A stretch of 33,781 nt of DNA, taken from a virus (lineage: Duplodnaviria > Caudoviricetes). Below are positions 18,236-27,428 of this stretch, piece by piece (within the stretch, counting starts at the first letter, position 1; every line of letters starts with the position of its first letter). Position numbers and translations under genes: made by a program. The stretch covers positions 1-33,781 of IMG/VR virus record IMGVR_UViG_3300018876_000054, one strand, 5' to 3'. Under the pieces are notes generated by a model. The model did no database searches and had not been told where the DNA came from. It saw nothing but the letters and a program-made list of their open reading frames with translations.

Positions 18236-18243
18236 TATTTATA
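18236..18243 (-). promoter_or_regulatory. T4-type late promoter 5 nt upstream of the gp25 ATG
   Basis: Minus strand TATAAATA-GTATT-ATG, with no SD. Confidence 0.75.
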
Positions 18244-18247
18244 CAAA

Positions 18248-19501
18248 CTAATCAGGTTTCTTTGTCTTTCCAGCAGAAGAACCTGAGGCAATTGTATGTG
18301 TATGTGTTGAAAGTTTGACACCCTTACCTGTAACTTCTCCACTTGCAGTAATACTACTTGAATTTGTCTGTTTACCACTGACATCTAATGTTGATTGTAA
18401 AGTAGTTGCATCTGATACTGTTAGTGTTCCAGTAATTGTTGTGTCCGATATAATTTCTGTTGTGCTATTACCAGTGATTGTAATCTTACCTTCTGATAAT
18501 ACATCTGTTGTTCCTTTGAGAATATCTGCTTTAAGATTTCCTTCTGTAATCTCTGAGGTGACATTACCTTTTAACACTTTCATATCTACATTACCAGTGT
18601 TAACATTGATTGTCACATTTCCTTTCTCTACTGTAAGGTCTGCATCTCCAGCAATATAAATTTTATCGTTCTTTGCAATGATTTGATAATTGTCGTTGAC
18701 GATTCTTTGAACGACACTACCATCGGGATGAACTTCTTGGAATGTTCCTGACCTATGTTCGATTGCAAGTCTCTCTGCATCAAGTGTATCGTCCACTTCT
18801 ATGACATGACCTGACTCAGTCTCTATAACTTTGTTATAAGGATACACTGGTTTTGCAACAGAAGGAATACCACCGACTTCACTTACATCTCTCGGAGTAT
18901 AATCTGCTGTTCCTCTTGCATAAGTTGACAAATCTGATTCATCGGTGTATAATGGATAGTAAGGTAAATCATCTTCTGTTAATTCTTGTTCAGTAATCTG
19001 AGAACCAGTTGCATCATATTTAATTTCTAATGACTCGGGTTGTTTTGGTGCTGTATCTAATGCAGTTGTTAATCCAAAAGTTCTAAGAGGATGTTCAACA
19101 GAGTTTGCACCATCGGGTTTATCTGTATAGTCATCAAGTGTCAATCCTCTTGGGTCATTAAACCCTTTACCGATTCCTCTTTCTAATAATTCATCAGTAA
19201 TAGTTTCTTTATATCCTGCTTGTGATATACCAGTTGCAACACCAGTTACTACAAAGTCTTGCATGAATTCACTGTCTCTAAAGAATCCAATTACCGTAGA
19301 CCCTTCTACGAGTCCGTGTTGTGTTCCAAAACCTGAAAGTCCACCAGCAGTTGTTGGTAGTATAACTTGTGACCACGATAAATCGGGAGTTGCAATTAAT
19401 GATTTATTATCTGTATGGATACCATGAACCCTAACTCTCACTCTCCCAATCATGAGAGGGTCTTGTCTATCTTCAACTATTCCGTAAAAGTATTTCATCA
19501 C
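18248..19501 (-). CDS. gp5: Baseplate central spike gp5 (no lysozyme domain; gpV-like HxH tip)
   Basis: N-terminal OB motif 'GIVEDRQDPLMIGRVRVRVHGIH', 'YPYNKVIETESGHVIEVDDT...ERL', a beta-helix region and a C-terminal 'LSTHTH'. Confidence 0.9.
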   Translation of the reverse strand: MMKYFYGIVEDRQDPLMIGRVRVRVHGIHTDNKSLIATPDLSWSQVILPTTAGGLSGFGTQHGLVEGSTVIGFFRDSEFMQDFVVTGVATGISQAGYKETITDELLERGIGKGFNDPRGLTLDDYTDKPDGANSVEHPLRTFGLTTALDTAPKQPESLEIKYDATGSQITEQELTEDDLPYYPLYTDESDLSTYARGTADYTPRDVSEVGGIPSVAKPVYPYNKVIETESGHVIEVDDTLDAERLAIEHRSGTFQEVHPDGSVVQRIVNDNYQIIAKNDKIYIAGDADLTVEKGNVTINVNTGNVDMKVLKGNVTSEITEGNLKADILKGTTDVLSEGKITITGNSTTEIISDTTITGTLTVSDATTLQSTLDVSGKQTNSSSITASGEVTGKGVKLSTHTHTIASGSSAGKTKKPD

Positions 19502-20946
19502 ATTTCCTCAGGGCCTTCCATGTTTTCTTGTGGACTGATATCTCTCAAGTCTACTGCAAAACTTTCTTTAACACATTCCATAACTAGTTGACCTGTATTC
19601 GATGTTGGATTGGCATTGATTGCAATATCAGTAATCAAATATCTTTTGTCGTTTGCTTTATCATCATTTTGATTTCCTGTTTCAGGTTCAGGTATTTCTA
19701 ACACTACAATAGTTCCAACTGATAAATCTGTTCTCAATGGAATAGTCACTACAATTTTATGTTGTTGTAATATCTCTAACATTGCACGTCTTTCCAATCT
19801 TGCATTATCAGATGTTTTGTGTCCTTCGAAGTTTTCTTTCTCTGTTATATCTGTTGAATTATCAAAAGGATGAAGTGTAGTGTAATCGTATAACACTATT
19901 GAATCAGGAACTTTGTTTGGTGCAAGGTCGACATCCACTTCAGTTACTTCAGGTGATACTGTTCTATCTATTACTTCACCAGTTGTCAAAGTCTTTTCTA
20001 AAAATTCTTTTTTACCGTCTGTTAAAATCATAGGAACACCTGATAAGTGTTTACCTCTATCGAAGGTTTCCTCCATATCATAGTATACATCTTCTTCTAT
20101 TTTTCTAACTGGGTCATATACTTTCATACTCGATGCATAAGCACCACCGATAGTTCCTCTAAGTGTATCAAAGATTTGTGGTTTGTAAAAATTTATAATT
20201 TGTGTATTCAAACCTTCAGCTGCGTTGATATCAATTTGTTCTGTATCGAGTGTTCCTGACCTTGGACGTTTTGAGAAGGTTAATGGGAACTCTGCCTCAA
20301 ACATTTCATCAATTGATTTGAATCTAAATCCACCATTAAGTGTTTGGTAAAAGAACATGCCGTTTCTATATGATGGATTGGGTGACTTATTTGCATTGTT
20401 TATAACATAATCCATGAAACTTGAAACAGTCCAATTAGGACAAATAAATTGCATATTCTCAGGAAGTGTTTTTTCCCAGTGGTCAAACTCTTCAGGTTGG
20501 ATATGTGCTTCATCAATCAACATGTTTTGAAGCATTTGGTCATATGAACCTCTCAATACTTTACTAATTCTTTTTCTTCTTGTAAAGAACATACGTGGGT
20601 CGCATAAAGATAACACATAAGTGTTTAAACTTTCTTTTGGACTGTTAACGTTTTTTACTTTATATACTCTGAGAGTTTTATCAATCGAGAATTCATTTTC
20701 AGCACTGTCACCAACACCTTCCACTTGTTTCATATTGATACGGACATATTCTTGACCCGTCATCTTAAAGTTTTTGATTAGATTTAGACCGTCAAATATA
20801 GATACATCACCAGTAATAAATTTTTTGTATATACTTTCATACAGACTAAACCCAACACAAAGGTTAGTGATATCTGTAGACTCACCATCTTGATTTACCA
20901 ATGTTAGGGCGTCTAGGTAAAAAGCACCCGCTTTAAAATTTTCCAT
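19498..20946 (-). CDS. Baseplate hub protein (gp27-like position and fold)
   Basis: 482 aa between gp53 and gp5. 'LYESIYKKFITG', 'FFYQTLNGGFRFKSI' and 'YLITDI' motifs are typical of this hub family. Call rests mainly on synteny. Confidence 0.6.
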   Translation of the reverse strand: MENFKAGAFYLDALTLVNQDGESTDITNLCVGFSLYESIYKKFITGDVSIFDGLNLIKNFKMTGQEYVRINMKQVEGVGDSAENEFSIDKTLRVYKVKNVNSPKESLNTYVLSLCDPRMFFTRRKRISKVLRGSYDQMLQNMLIDEAHIQPEEFDHWEKTLPENMQFICPNWTVSSFMDYVINNANKSPNPSYRNGMFFYQTLNGGFRFKSIDEMFEAEFPLTFSKRPRSGTLDTEQIDINAAEGLNTQIINFYKPQIFDTLRGTIGGAYASSMKVYDPVRKIEEDVYYDMEETFDRGKHLSGVPMILTDGKKEFLEKTLTTGEVIDRTVSPEVTEVDVDLAPNKVPDSIVLYDYTTLHPFDNSTDITEKENFEGHKTSDNARLERRAMLEILQQHKIVVTIPLRTDLSVGTIVVLEIPEPETGNQNDDKANDKRYLITDIAINANPTSNTGQLVMECVKESFAVDLRDISPQENMEGPEEM

Positions 20947-20949
20947 AGT

Positions 20950-21657
20950 TTACTTGGATATCACTCTTTCAAATTGTGATACTATCTGTCTTATGTAGTT
21001 TGGTTTAATAATTTTAATTGTTCTTTTCTTTTCGTTTTCTTCTTGTTCAACTTCGAAATTAGTAACTGCAGTATATCCCTCTGCTGAATCAGTTCTTTTA
21101 ATACCATCAGAATTCTTATAATGATTTGGTGCATCGGATGGAGTCAATACAGAACTAACTGTAAATGATTTTGAACTATTTGAACCAGTTACTATATCTC
21201 CTATTGAGAATGTATCTACGTCTACTCTTATTCTTTTGTGTAAAGGTTCGACACTTAGAACGTGTCCTGATTTAGTTGAATTAGTTATCTTCTCTCCGAC
21301 TAGAAACTTACTTGATGTAGTTATGATATCAGAAGTCTGAGAACCAACTAGGTATTGACCACTGTATTTTTTGGAGATATAATTATTAAAGGTTTCACTA
21401 TCTTTATACCAATCATAATAATTATCTATTTCGTTTACTAGAAAGAACACCCAGTGTAAATCACCATCACCATAAAGTTTGGTTGCTAATACATCAGGTC
21501 TCTCACCGTCACCCAAATCGTATAACTCATATTCAATGATTGAATCTAATTTTGCAGAATCAATCTTTGCCTTACGAAAGTAATCTTTGACTGTAACAAG
21601 TTTATCATTTAACTTGTATTGTATTTCAGGTATATTTGCAAATAGTTTATTACTCAT
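20950..21657 (-). CDS. gp53: Baseplate wedge protein gp53
   Basis: LysM-like 'GERPDVLATKLYGDGDLHWVFFLVN' and C-terminal 'NFEVEQEENEKKRTIKIIKP'. Confidence 0.92.
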   Translation of the reverse strand: MSNKLFANIPEIQYKLNDKLVTVKDYFRKAKIDSAKLDSIIEYELYDLGDGERPDVLATKLYGDGDLHWVFFLVNEIDNYYDWYKDSETFNNYISKKYSGQYLVGSQTSDIITTSSKFLVGEKITNSTKSGHVLSVEPLHKRIRVDVDTFSIGDIVTGSNSSKSFTVSSVLTPSDAPNHYKNSDGIKRTDSAEGYTAVTNFEVEQEENEKKRTIKIIKPNYIRQIVSQFERVISK

Positions 21658-22760
21658 TATCCACCCGTCCTATTTGTATCGAGAAGACTGATTTGTCCTT
21701 CACCTATATCTTCAGGTGGAGAAATTCTATCAGATGTTCCACTTGCAGCAATCTGTTGATAGGTTTCTTGTGTCAATATCTTAATTTCAGTTACACCTAA
21801 ATCCATAGTGACTGATACTGGTTGTCCGTCTTCAAATGTTGCAAACTTTTCACCATACTTTACATTACAATCTGTAATAACACAAGGTAAGAAACCATCC
21901 ATAGTTTTTGCAATATCACCATTCCATTTTATATCAACTATATTTGGATAATTGAAATAGTTTTCTACGTCTGCTGAAGATTCATCTGAACCAAACGTAT
22001 CAGGTAACATAGCAGTTTTGAAATTCCATATAATGTCATTTACTCTTGCAGCTTCTTTTTTAGACCTAGGATAAAATGAAAAATTAAAATTGAAAGACCT
22101 AAATTCAACTCCCTCTAACATTTGTTCTTTCATAGGGTTGACTGCCTGACCCTGTGTAAAGTTGACAAGGTCTCCAGTCATTTTATTTGCTAATGAATTT
22201 AATCCACTCGAAACAATTGCATTTAGACCGTCAAAAAATGCATTATCCTTCATGGACATTCCTACATTCTCACCACCTTCACCGATTGCACCTGTATTTC
22301 TTCCTATCAATGACCTTGCAGCAACACCAACTCCTTTTGCACTATACGATACTTTTGCATCGTTACTTATACCATTTGGAACATATAATAAAATGTCTGT
22401 TTGTTTATCACTTAATAAATTTTTACCGTTCTTAGTTCCTCTATTTCTTCTAGGTCTAATATTGAACTCGAGATAGTTATATAATTCTTCATCTAGTGGA
22501 TATTTTAATTCTATAGTTTGTGCCTTTGGTGGTTGTTTTGCAACTCGTAAACTCTTTGCTTTGTTTGTAGCGTCTTGATTCTTCTGTAAACTTTGTCTAC
22601 GTTTATCTAATTTTCTTTTTGCTTCTTCTGCCTGTTCAACCAACTTATCTACATTTGCAAGATATCCCTTACCCTGTATTTTGGATTTGATTCCTTTAAC
22701 AGAGTTTATTGCAGATGTTGCTTGATTGATTTTCGATAATAATTTGTTTATTGATGCCAT
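21657..22760 (-). CDS. gp48: Baseplate tail-tube cap gp48
   Basis: 'NPMKEQMLEGVEFRSFNFNFSFYPRSKKEA', 'YPNIVDI', 'PCVITDCNVKY'; adjacent to gp53 and divergent from gp4. Confidence 0.85.
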   Translation of the reverse strand: MASINKLLSKINQATSAINSVKGIKSKIQGKGYLANVDKLVEQAEEAKRKLDKRRQSLQKNQDATNKAKSLRVAKQPPKAQTIELKYPLDEELYNYLEFNIRPRRNRGTKNGKNLLSDKQTDILLYVPNGISNDAKVSYSAKGVGVAARSLIGRNTGAIGEGGENVGMSMKDNAFFDGLNAIVSSGLNSLANKMTGDLVNFTQGQAVNPMKEQMLEGVEFRSFNFNFSFYPRSKKEAARVNDIIWNFKTAMLPDTFGSDESSADVENYFNYPNIVDIKWNGDIAKTMDGFLPCVITDCNVKYGEKFATFEDGQPVSVTMDLGVTEIKILTQETYQQIAASGTSDRISPPEDIGEGQISLLDTNRTGG

Positions 22761-22761
22761 G

Positions 22762-22802
22762 TATAAATACCTATAATACTATGAAGGTTATATCTATTTA
22801 TG
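22762..22802. promoter_or_regulatory. Overlapping face-to-face late promoters between gp48 and gp4
   Basis: Plus-strand TATAAATA at 22762-22769 (toward gp4) and minus-strand CATAAATA at 22795-22802 (toward gp48, overlapping the gp4 ATG). Confidence 0.6.
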
Positions 22803-23231
22803 TCATACAGTGGTAAGTTTAAACCGAAGAACTATAAAAAATACAAAGGAGACCCTACAAAGATATTCTATAGGTCACTTTGGGAACGTAGATTCATGGT
22901 TTATTGCGATAACAACGATAAAATTATTGAATGGGGCAGTGAAACAATAATCATTCCTTATGTATCTCCCGTGGACAAAAGACCTCATAGATACTTTCCC
23001 GACTTCTATATAAAATATGTCAACTCAAAAGGTCAAGTGATTAGAGAAGTCATAGAAGTCAAACCAAAACGACAACTCAGTCCACCCAAAGAACCAAAGA
23101 GAAGAACAAAGAGTTGGTTAAACGAAGTGAGAACTTATATGGTCAATCAAGCAAAGTTCAAAGCTGCAGATGAATACTGTAAGGATAGAAAATACAGTTT
23201 TAGAATATTGACCGAAGACCACCTAACATGA
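22800..23231 (+). CDS. gp4: Head completion protein gp4 (TnsA-like nuclease fold)
   Basis: 'YSGKFKPKNYKKYKGDPTKIFYRSLWERRFMVYCD', 'HRYFPDF', 'IEVKP', 'NQAKFKAA'. Confidence 0.95.
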   Translation: MSYSGKFKPKNYKKYKGDPTKIFYRSLWERRFMVYCDNNDKIIEWGSETIIIPYVSPVDKRPHRYFPDFYIKYVNSKGQVIREVIEVKPKRQLSPPKEPKRRTKSWLNEVRTYMVNQAKFKAADEYCKDRKYSFRILTEDHLT

Positions 23232-23851
23232 AAAAACTAATTGCATTTGATTTAGATGGAGTTTTAATCAACTCCATTAAGAATATGGAACACTCATGGA
23301 GTGTAGTATGTTCTCAACATAACATTAATGTCCCCTTTTCCGAATATAAAAAAGGTATAGGAAAACCATTCTTTGATATACTGGACGAGTTAGGACTAAC
23401 TGACTCACAACAACAAATCAAAAATACTTATGATGAAGCATCAAACATGATTCTTGACGAAGTTGAGATATATGAGGGTGCAATTGAAACACTTGAAGAG
23501 ATAAAACGAAAAGGATACAAGATTGCAATATGCACATCGAAGGATATAACAAGAGTTAAGAAGGTTATTGCAAGTCTTATACTAGACGGAAAGAAATTTC
23601 CTAAGTTTGATTACGTCTGTTCACCTAAACAAGGTCTTAGAGGAAAACCTGCCCCTGACCAACTACTAAATACTATCGCATTCTGTAATGTAGACCCACA
23701 CGAAACATACTATGTGGGTGATATGGAATCAGATATGTATTGTGCAAACAGAGCAGGTGTAGATTTTATACATGCAGAATATGGTTATGGAGAAGTTGAG
23801 TGCGAAGTCTCAGTGAAGTCGATAAAAAATCTAATCTCGTTGTTGGATTAA
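23228..23851 (+). CDS. HAD-superfamily phosphatase (phosphoglycolate-phosphatase-like, cap type I)
   Basis: Motif I 'FDLDGVL', motif II 'CTSK', motif III 'KPAPD', motif IV 'VGDMESD'. Confidence 0.9.
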   Translation: MKKLIAFDLDGVLINSIKNMEHSWSVVCSQHNINVPFSEYKKGIGKPFFDILDELGLTDSQQQIKNTYDEASNMILDEVEIYEGAIETLEEIKRKGYKIAICTSKDITRVKKVIASLILDGKKFPKFDYVCSPKQGLRGKPAPDQLLNTIAFCNVDPHETYYVGDMESDMYCANRAGVDFIHAEYGYGEVECEVSVKSIKNLISLLD

Positions 23852-24528
23852 TACCAGCAAGGTGGAAATCCACACGATTTGAAGGTAAACCCCTTGAACT
23901 TATAAATGGTATACCCATGATTCAAAGGGTTTACAATCAAGCAAGTCTTGCAGAGACACTAGACACGATTGTTGTTTTGACGGATGACCATCGCATCTCC
24001 ACATATTGTTCGCAAAATCAAATTAGATGCATTGTAATTGACACTGAGTGTCGAACTGGAACTGATAGATGTGCAAAAGTATTAGATTTGATTGATGGTC
24101 ATACCTTTGTAAACATACAAGGTGACGAACCAATCATTGACCCTGAGAATATTGATGCAGTTGTCCGTGGATTGGATGATAATTTTAGTGTATCGAATGC
24201 ATACACTAGGATACAAGAAGATTTTAAGTCGTTTGATGAGAATGTTGTGAAGGTTTCACTCGGAAAAGACAACACAGCACTCTATTATTCACGAAAAAAC
24301 ATAAGTGAGTATCAACAATTGGGTCTTTACGCATTCAAAAGACACATGTTAGGTCTATTTCCCAACTTAATAGTAGGTAAAAACGAAAAAAGAGAGAAAG
24401 TAGAGATGTTAAGATACGTTGAGAACGGTTTTTATGTTAAAATGATTGAAGTAAACGATGCTGGACTCTCTGTAGATACTCCCCAAGACCTAAAACGAGT
24501 GGAAAAATATCTAAATGCTTTACATTAA
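23800..24528 (+). CDS. kdsB: 3-deoxy-manno-octulosonate cytidylyltransferase (CMP-Kdo synthetase)-like
   Basis: 'IPARWKSTRFEGKPL', 'TGTDR', 'VNIQGDEP', 'VKV', 'ALYYSR', 'GLYAF', 'EKVEMLR', 'SVDTPQDL'. GTG start with GGAG at 23789-23792. Confidence 0.9.
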   Translation: MRSLSEVDKKSNLVVGLIPARWKSTRFEGKPLELINGIPMIQRVYNQASLAETLDTIVVLTDDHRISTYCSQNQIRCIVIDTECRTGTDRCAKVLDLIDGHTFVNIQGDEPIIDPENIDAVVRGLDDNFSVSNAYTRIQEDFKSFDENVVKVSLGKDNTALYYSRKNISEYQQLGLYAFKRHMLGLFPNLIVGKNEKREKVEMLRYVENGFYVKMIEVNDAGLSVDTPQDLKRVEKYLNALH

Positions 24529-25291
24529 CAAAAATAACCTCTATCCACTTAAAACTCAGTTCTATGAAGTGTGTCAAGTGTCACAACCAAAGATAATTAC
24601 ACTTGGTGAAGCGAAAAACAAAAATTTCATACCTCCAAGATTCTTTCAGGTCAACGAAACTGGTTATTGGAGTTGTCATATGTTAAAACACATAGACATA
24701 GAACCTGTAACTGCAAAAACTTTTGGTGTTTTAGGTGGAGAACAACCACACGTCCATATGTTTCAAGCAATCAAGTTAATGTATCTTATACACTGTTTCA
24801 ATACAGTCGGATTTTATTCATTACCTCAAGCAATACTCAAAGATACTGGTGTATGGAAAGTCCATCCAGGCACTGTAAGAGTTAAAGTAAGTATACACAC
24901 TGAAACTTACGACCAAAAGTTTATCTTTTGGGATAAAGATAATCTAATAGATTCTCCAGTCATGTCTTTTGATGAATGGTGGGGTGTGTTTAAAGATGTT
25001 CCACGAAGAATGTGGACTGATAAACTAGAAAACATTTTAGAATTACATGTTGAAGAAGATAGAGAAGATTATTATGAATGGAATGAAAGTGTTCCATCCA
25101 TGTATGGATACAAACGTCCCTACTATCACGGTTCTGTTCCTGAAGAACTAAAAGATTGTTTCTCGGAATCACCTGATGTGCCTGTGCATGTCGAAGGTGA
25201 TATTAAAAACAACATGAAACACTTCCTAGATTTCAATCCAGTCAACAAATACTTTGAAAATGATAACATAAAAATCTATTGTAAAGTATAA
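24515..25291 (+). CDS. Hypothetical protein, translationally coupled to kdsB
   Basis: 258-aa ORF overlapping the end of kdsB. No confident family; 'VHPGTVR' weakly recalls the ParB/Srx-type GxxR motif. Confidence 0.7.
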   Translation: MLYINKNNLYPLKTQFYEVCQVSQPKIITLGEAKNKNFIPPRFFQVNETGYWSCHMLKHIDIEPVTAKTFGVLGGEQPHVHMFQAIKLMYLIHCFNTVGFYSLPQAILKDTGVWKVHPGTVRVKVSIHTETYDQKFIFWDKDNLIDSPVMSFDEWWGVFKDVPRRMWTDKLENILELHVEEDREDYYEWNESVPSMYGYKRPYYHGSVPEELKDCFSESPDVPVHVEGDIKNNMKHFLDFNPVNKYFENDNIKIYCKV

Positions 25292-25294
25292 ATA
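25287..25294 (+). promoter_or_regulatory. T4-type late promoter 5 nt upstream of the gp2 ATG
   Basis: TATAAATA-GTTAT-ATG, with no SD. Confidence 0.75.
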
Positions 25295-25299
25295 GTTAT

Positions 25300-25920
25300 A
25301 TGTCTGAAAATCTAACTATACTGGAACAATACGATTCTTTATCACCTTCAGAGTTAGAAGAGAAATCAGAAGAAGCATTAGATTGGTTTAGAGAATCACT
25401 GAGAAATATAAGACTTAGTCCAACCACTCTACAAGACGAAGGTGTGTTGTTAAAACAGTCACAACCATTGATAGGAATGATGGTTATGTTTACATATGAT
25501 GCAAAGACTAAAAAGAAATTACCCTATTGGGATAGGTTTCCAGTTGCAATCATAGTAGATGTTGATGAAGGGAATGATACATTTCTTGCAATGAACTTAC
25601 ATTACATTCAACCTCTACAAAGAGTTCAATTTTTAAGTGAACTATTTGAACTGGTAAGGGATTATGGTGAAGAAGACGGAGTTGAAGATATCTTCGCTAA
25701 AAGAATTTTCATCACATATGATTTCTTAAAAACAAGTTCACGTATGAAATATTTTAGACCATGTTTGAAAAGATACATAGGTGGTCGTATAGGAAGAGGA
25801 ATTAGAGTTGTCCCATATAAGTATTGGGATGTTGCAGCAATGTTACCATCTCAACAATGGGTGGGTGCAACTGGGAATTCAGTATATGCAGATAGTAGGA
25901 GAATAATCGCAAATGCCTAA
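25300..25920 (+). CDS. gp2: DNA end protector protein gp2
   Basis: 'MFTYDAKTKKKLPYWDRFP', 'MNLHYI', 'RPCLKRY', 'WDVAAMLP', 'VYADSR'. Confidence 0.92.
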   Translation: MSENLTILEQYDSLSPSELEEKSEEALDWFRESLRNIRLSPTTLQDEGVLLKQSQPLIGMMVMFTYDAKTKKKLPYWDRFPVAIIVDVDEGNDTFLAMNLHYIQPLQRVQFLSELFELVRDYGEEDGVEDIFAKRIFITYDFLKTSSRMKYFRPCLKRYIGGRIGRGIRVVPYKYWDVAAMLPSQQWVGATGNSVYADSRRIIANA

Positions 25921-26704
25921 CGAAAAGAATCAAGGAACAATAGATTACTTACTTGGTAACTTCAAGTCTCCAGCAATGGGTAATCAATACGAGGTTAACT
26001 TTCACTGTCCTCCTTTAGGTTTAAAATTAGAAGGAGTAAGATGCACAAGTGTAAACATCCCAGGCAGAACAGTAGAAACACAAGCAGTATCAGAATACGG
26101 TAAAGAAAGATATATGCCTACTGGTAAAGTAGATGATGGTGGTGCTGATTTCTCAGTATCTTTCATATGTGATAATGACTTCGAAGATAGACTTATTCTA
26201 CAAGCATGGACTGATTTTATTTCCAACACCGATACTGCTGGAACATCGGATACACTTCCACAAATAAATTATTACAATGATTACATCGGTAGAATAGAAG
26301 TGTATCATCTTCGAAGAGACACAACAGAAACAATAAAAGCAACTTTAGAAGAAGCATTTCCTGTATCCTTTGATGCAATTGCATTATCCAATTCTGTAAC
26401 AGAACCTTTAACGGTAACTATTAAGTTTCAATACAGATATTTTACAACAGAATACGTTGACCATAAACCAATGGAAAGAGAAGAACATCCAGTTTATGAC
26501 GGAGATAGACCATCTCCAAATGGTCTAAATAACAGAGGTAGAAACCAATTGAATGGAGTCTTAGATGCACTAAGTGTTGCATCAAGATTTAATAATAAGT
26601 CTAGAGATATTCTCGGTAGATTATCATCACTAGACACAGCACTCTCTCAGGCCAAAAAGGTCAAGAGAAACTTCACCAACTTCCGTGGAAGATTTGGTGG
26701 TTAA
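25913..26704 (+). CDS. gp54: Baseplate tail-tube initiator gp54 (gp19-like fold)
   Basis: 'CTSVNIPGR', 'YYNDYIGRIEVYHL', 'LEEAFPVS', 'TVTIKFQYRYF'; lies between gp2 and gp26. Confidence 0.8.
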   Translation: MPNEKNQGTIDYLLGNFKSPAMGNQYEVNFHCPPLGLKLEGVRCTSVNIPGRTVETQAVSEYGKERYMPTGKVDDGGADFSVSFICDNDFEDRLILQAWTDFISNTDTAGTSDTLPQINYYNDYIGRIEVYHLRRDTTETIKATLEEAFPVSFDAIALSNSVTEPLTVTIKFQYRYFTTEYVDHKPMEREEHPVYDGDRPSPNGLNNRGRNQLNGVLDALSVASRFNNKSRDILGRLSSLDTALSQAKKVKRNFTNFRGRFGG

Positions 26705-26723
26705 TATAATAATGGAGTAAATT

Positions 26724-27428
26724 ATGGCATTACCGATACAGTCGACACCGACTTATAGGACAACTTTACCTAGTAATGGTCAAGAAATAGAATACAGACC
26801 TTTTCTAGTTAAAGAACAAAAGATTCTTGTTATGGCAAAAGAAGGTCAAAGTCAAGAAGAAATAATGTCTGCAGTTAAGAAAATGATAACTGCGACAACT
26901 TTTGAAAAATTAGAGGTTGATAACCTCGCAATGGTTGACTTGGAATGGTTATTTGTAAAAATCAGGTCAGCATCCATTGGTGAAACATCAAAGTTAGCAT
27001 TTGGTTGTCCGAGTGAAGGATGCATGGAGACAGTCAAATATGACTTAAATTTAGAAGACATTAGTGTCAAAGGTGAATTGCCTGAAGACAATAAAGTTAT
27101 GATTAATGATGAAGTAGGTGTAACACTTAGAGTTCCTAGTGTTAAAGATTTAGACAAGATTGATAAAATTGAAGAGGAGTTAAGACCCTTGGAAGTTGTC
27201 AAAAGATGTATTGTCAATATCTTTGATGCGAATGACGTATATGAAGGTGTAGATTTATCACCAAGTGAATTGGACGAGTTTGTGGATAGTTTAACATTCG
27301 GTCAATTAGAATCATTAGGAAATTATTTTGATGACTTACCTAAACTTTCACATGAAATAGAATTTACTTGTGGGGGGTGTGGAACCTCAAACAAGAAAAA
27401 ATTGGAAGGATTGCAAAGTTTTTTTTAA
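26724..27428 (+). CDS. gp26: Baseplate hub assembly protein gp26
   Basis: 'MALP...PTY...LPS.G..IEYRPFLVKEQKIL', 'DLEWLFVKIRSASIGE', two Cys pairs and the terminal 'LEGLQSFF'. Confidence 0.92.
   Translation: MALPIQSTPTYRTTLPSNGQEIEYRPFLVKEQKILVMAKEGQSQEEIMSAVKKMITATTFEKLEVDNLAMVDLEWLFVKIRSASIGETSKLAFGCPSEGCMETVKYDLNLEDISVKGELPEDNKVMINDEVGVTLRVPSVKDLDKIDKIEEELRPLEVVKRCIVNIFDANDVYEGVDLSPSELDEFVDSLTFGQLESLGNYFDDLPKLSHEIEFTCGGCGTSNKKKLEGLQSFF

Noticed and set aside
22800-23231. Transposase/TnsA mobile element
   Set aside because: The motifs and position match the core T4 head completion protein gp4. There are no terminal repeats or partner genes.
27368-27418. TTG-initiated 80-aa ORF as the true gp51 start
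   Set aside because: Weak TTG start without an SD, and the N-terminus (MWGVWNLK...) is not gp51-like and overlaps the conserved gp26 end. A frameshift or the ATG at 27482 is more plausible.
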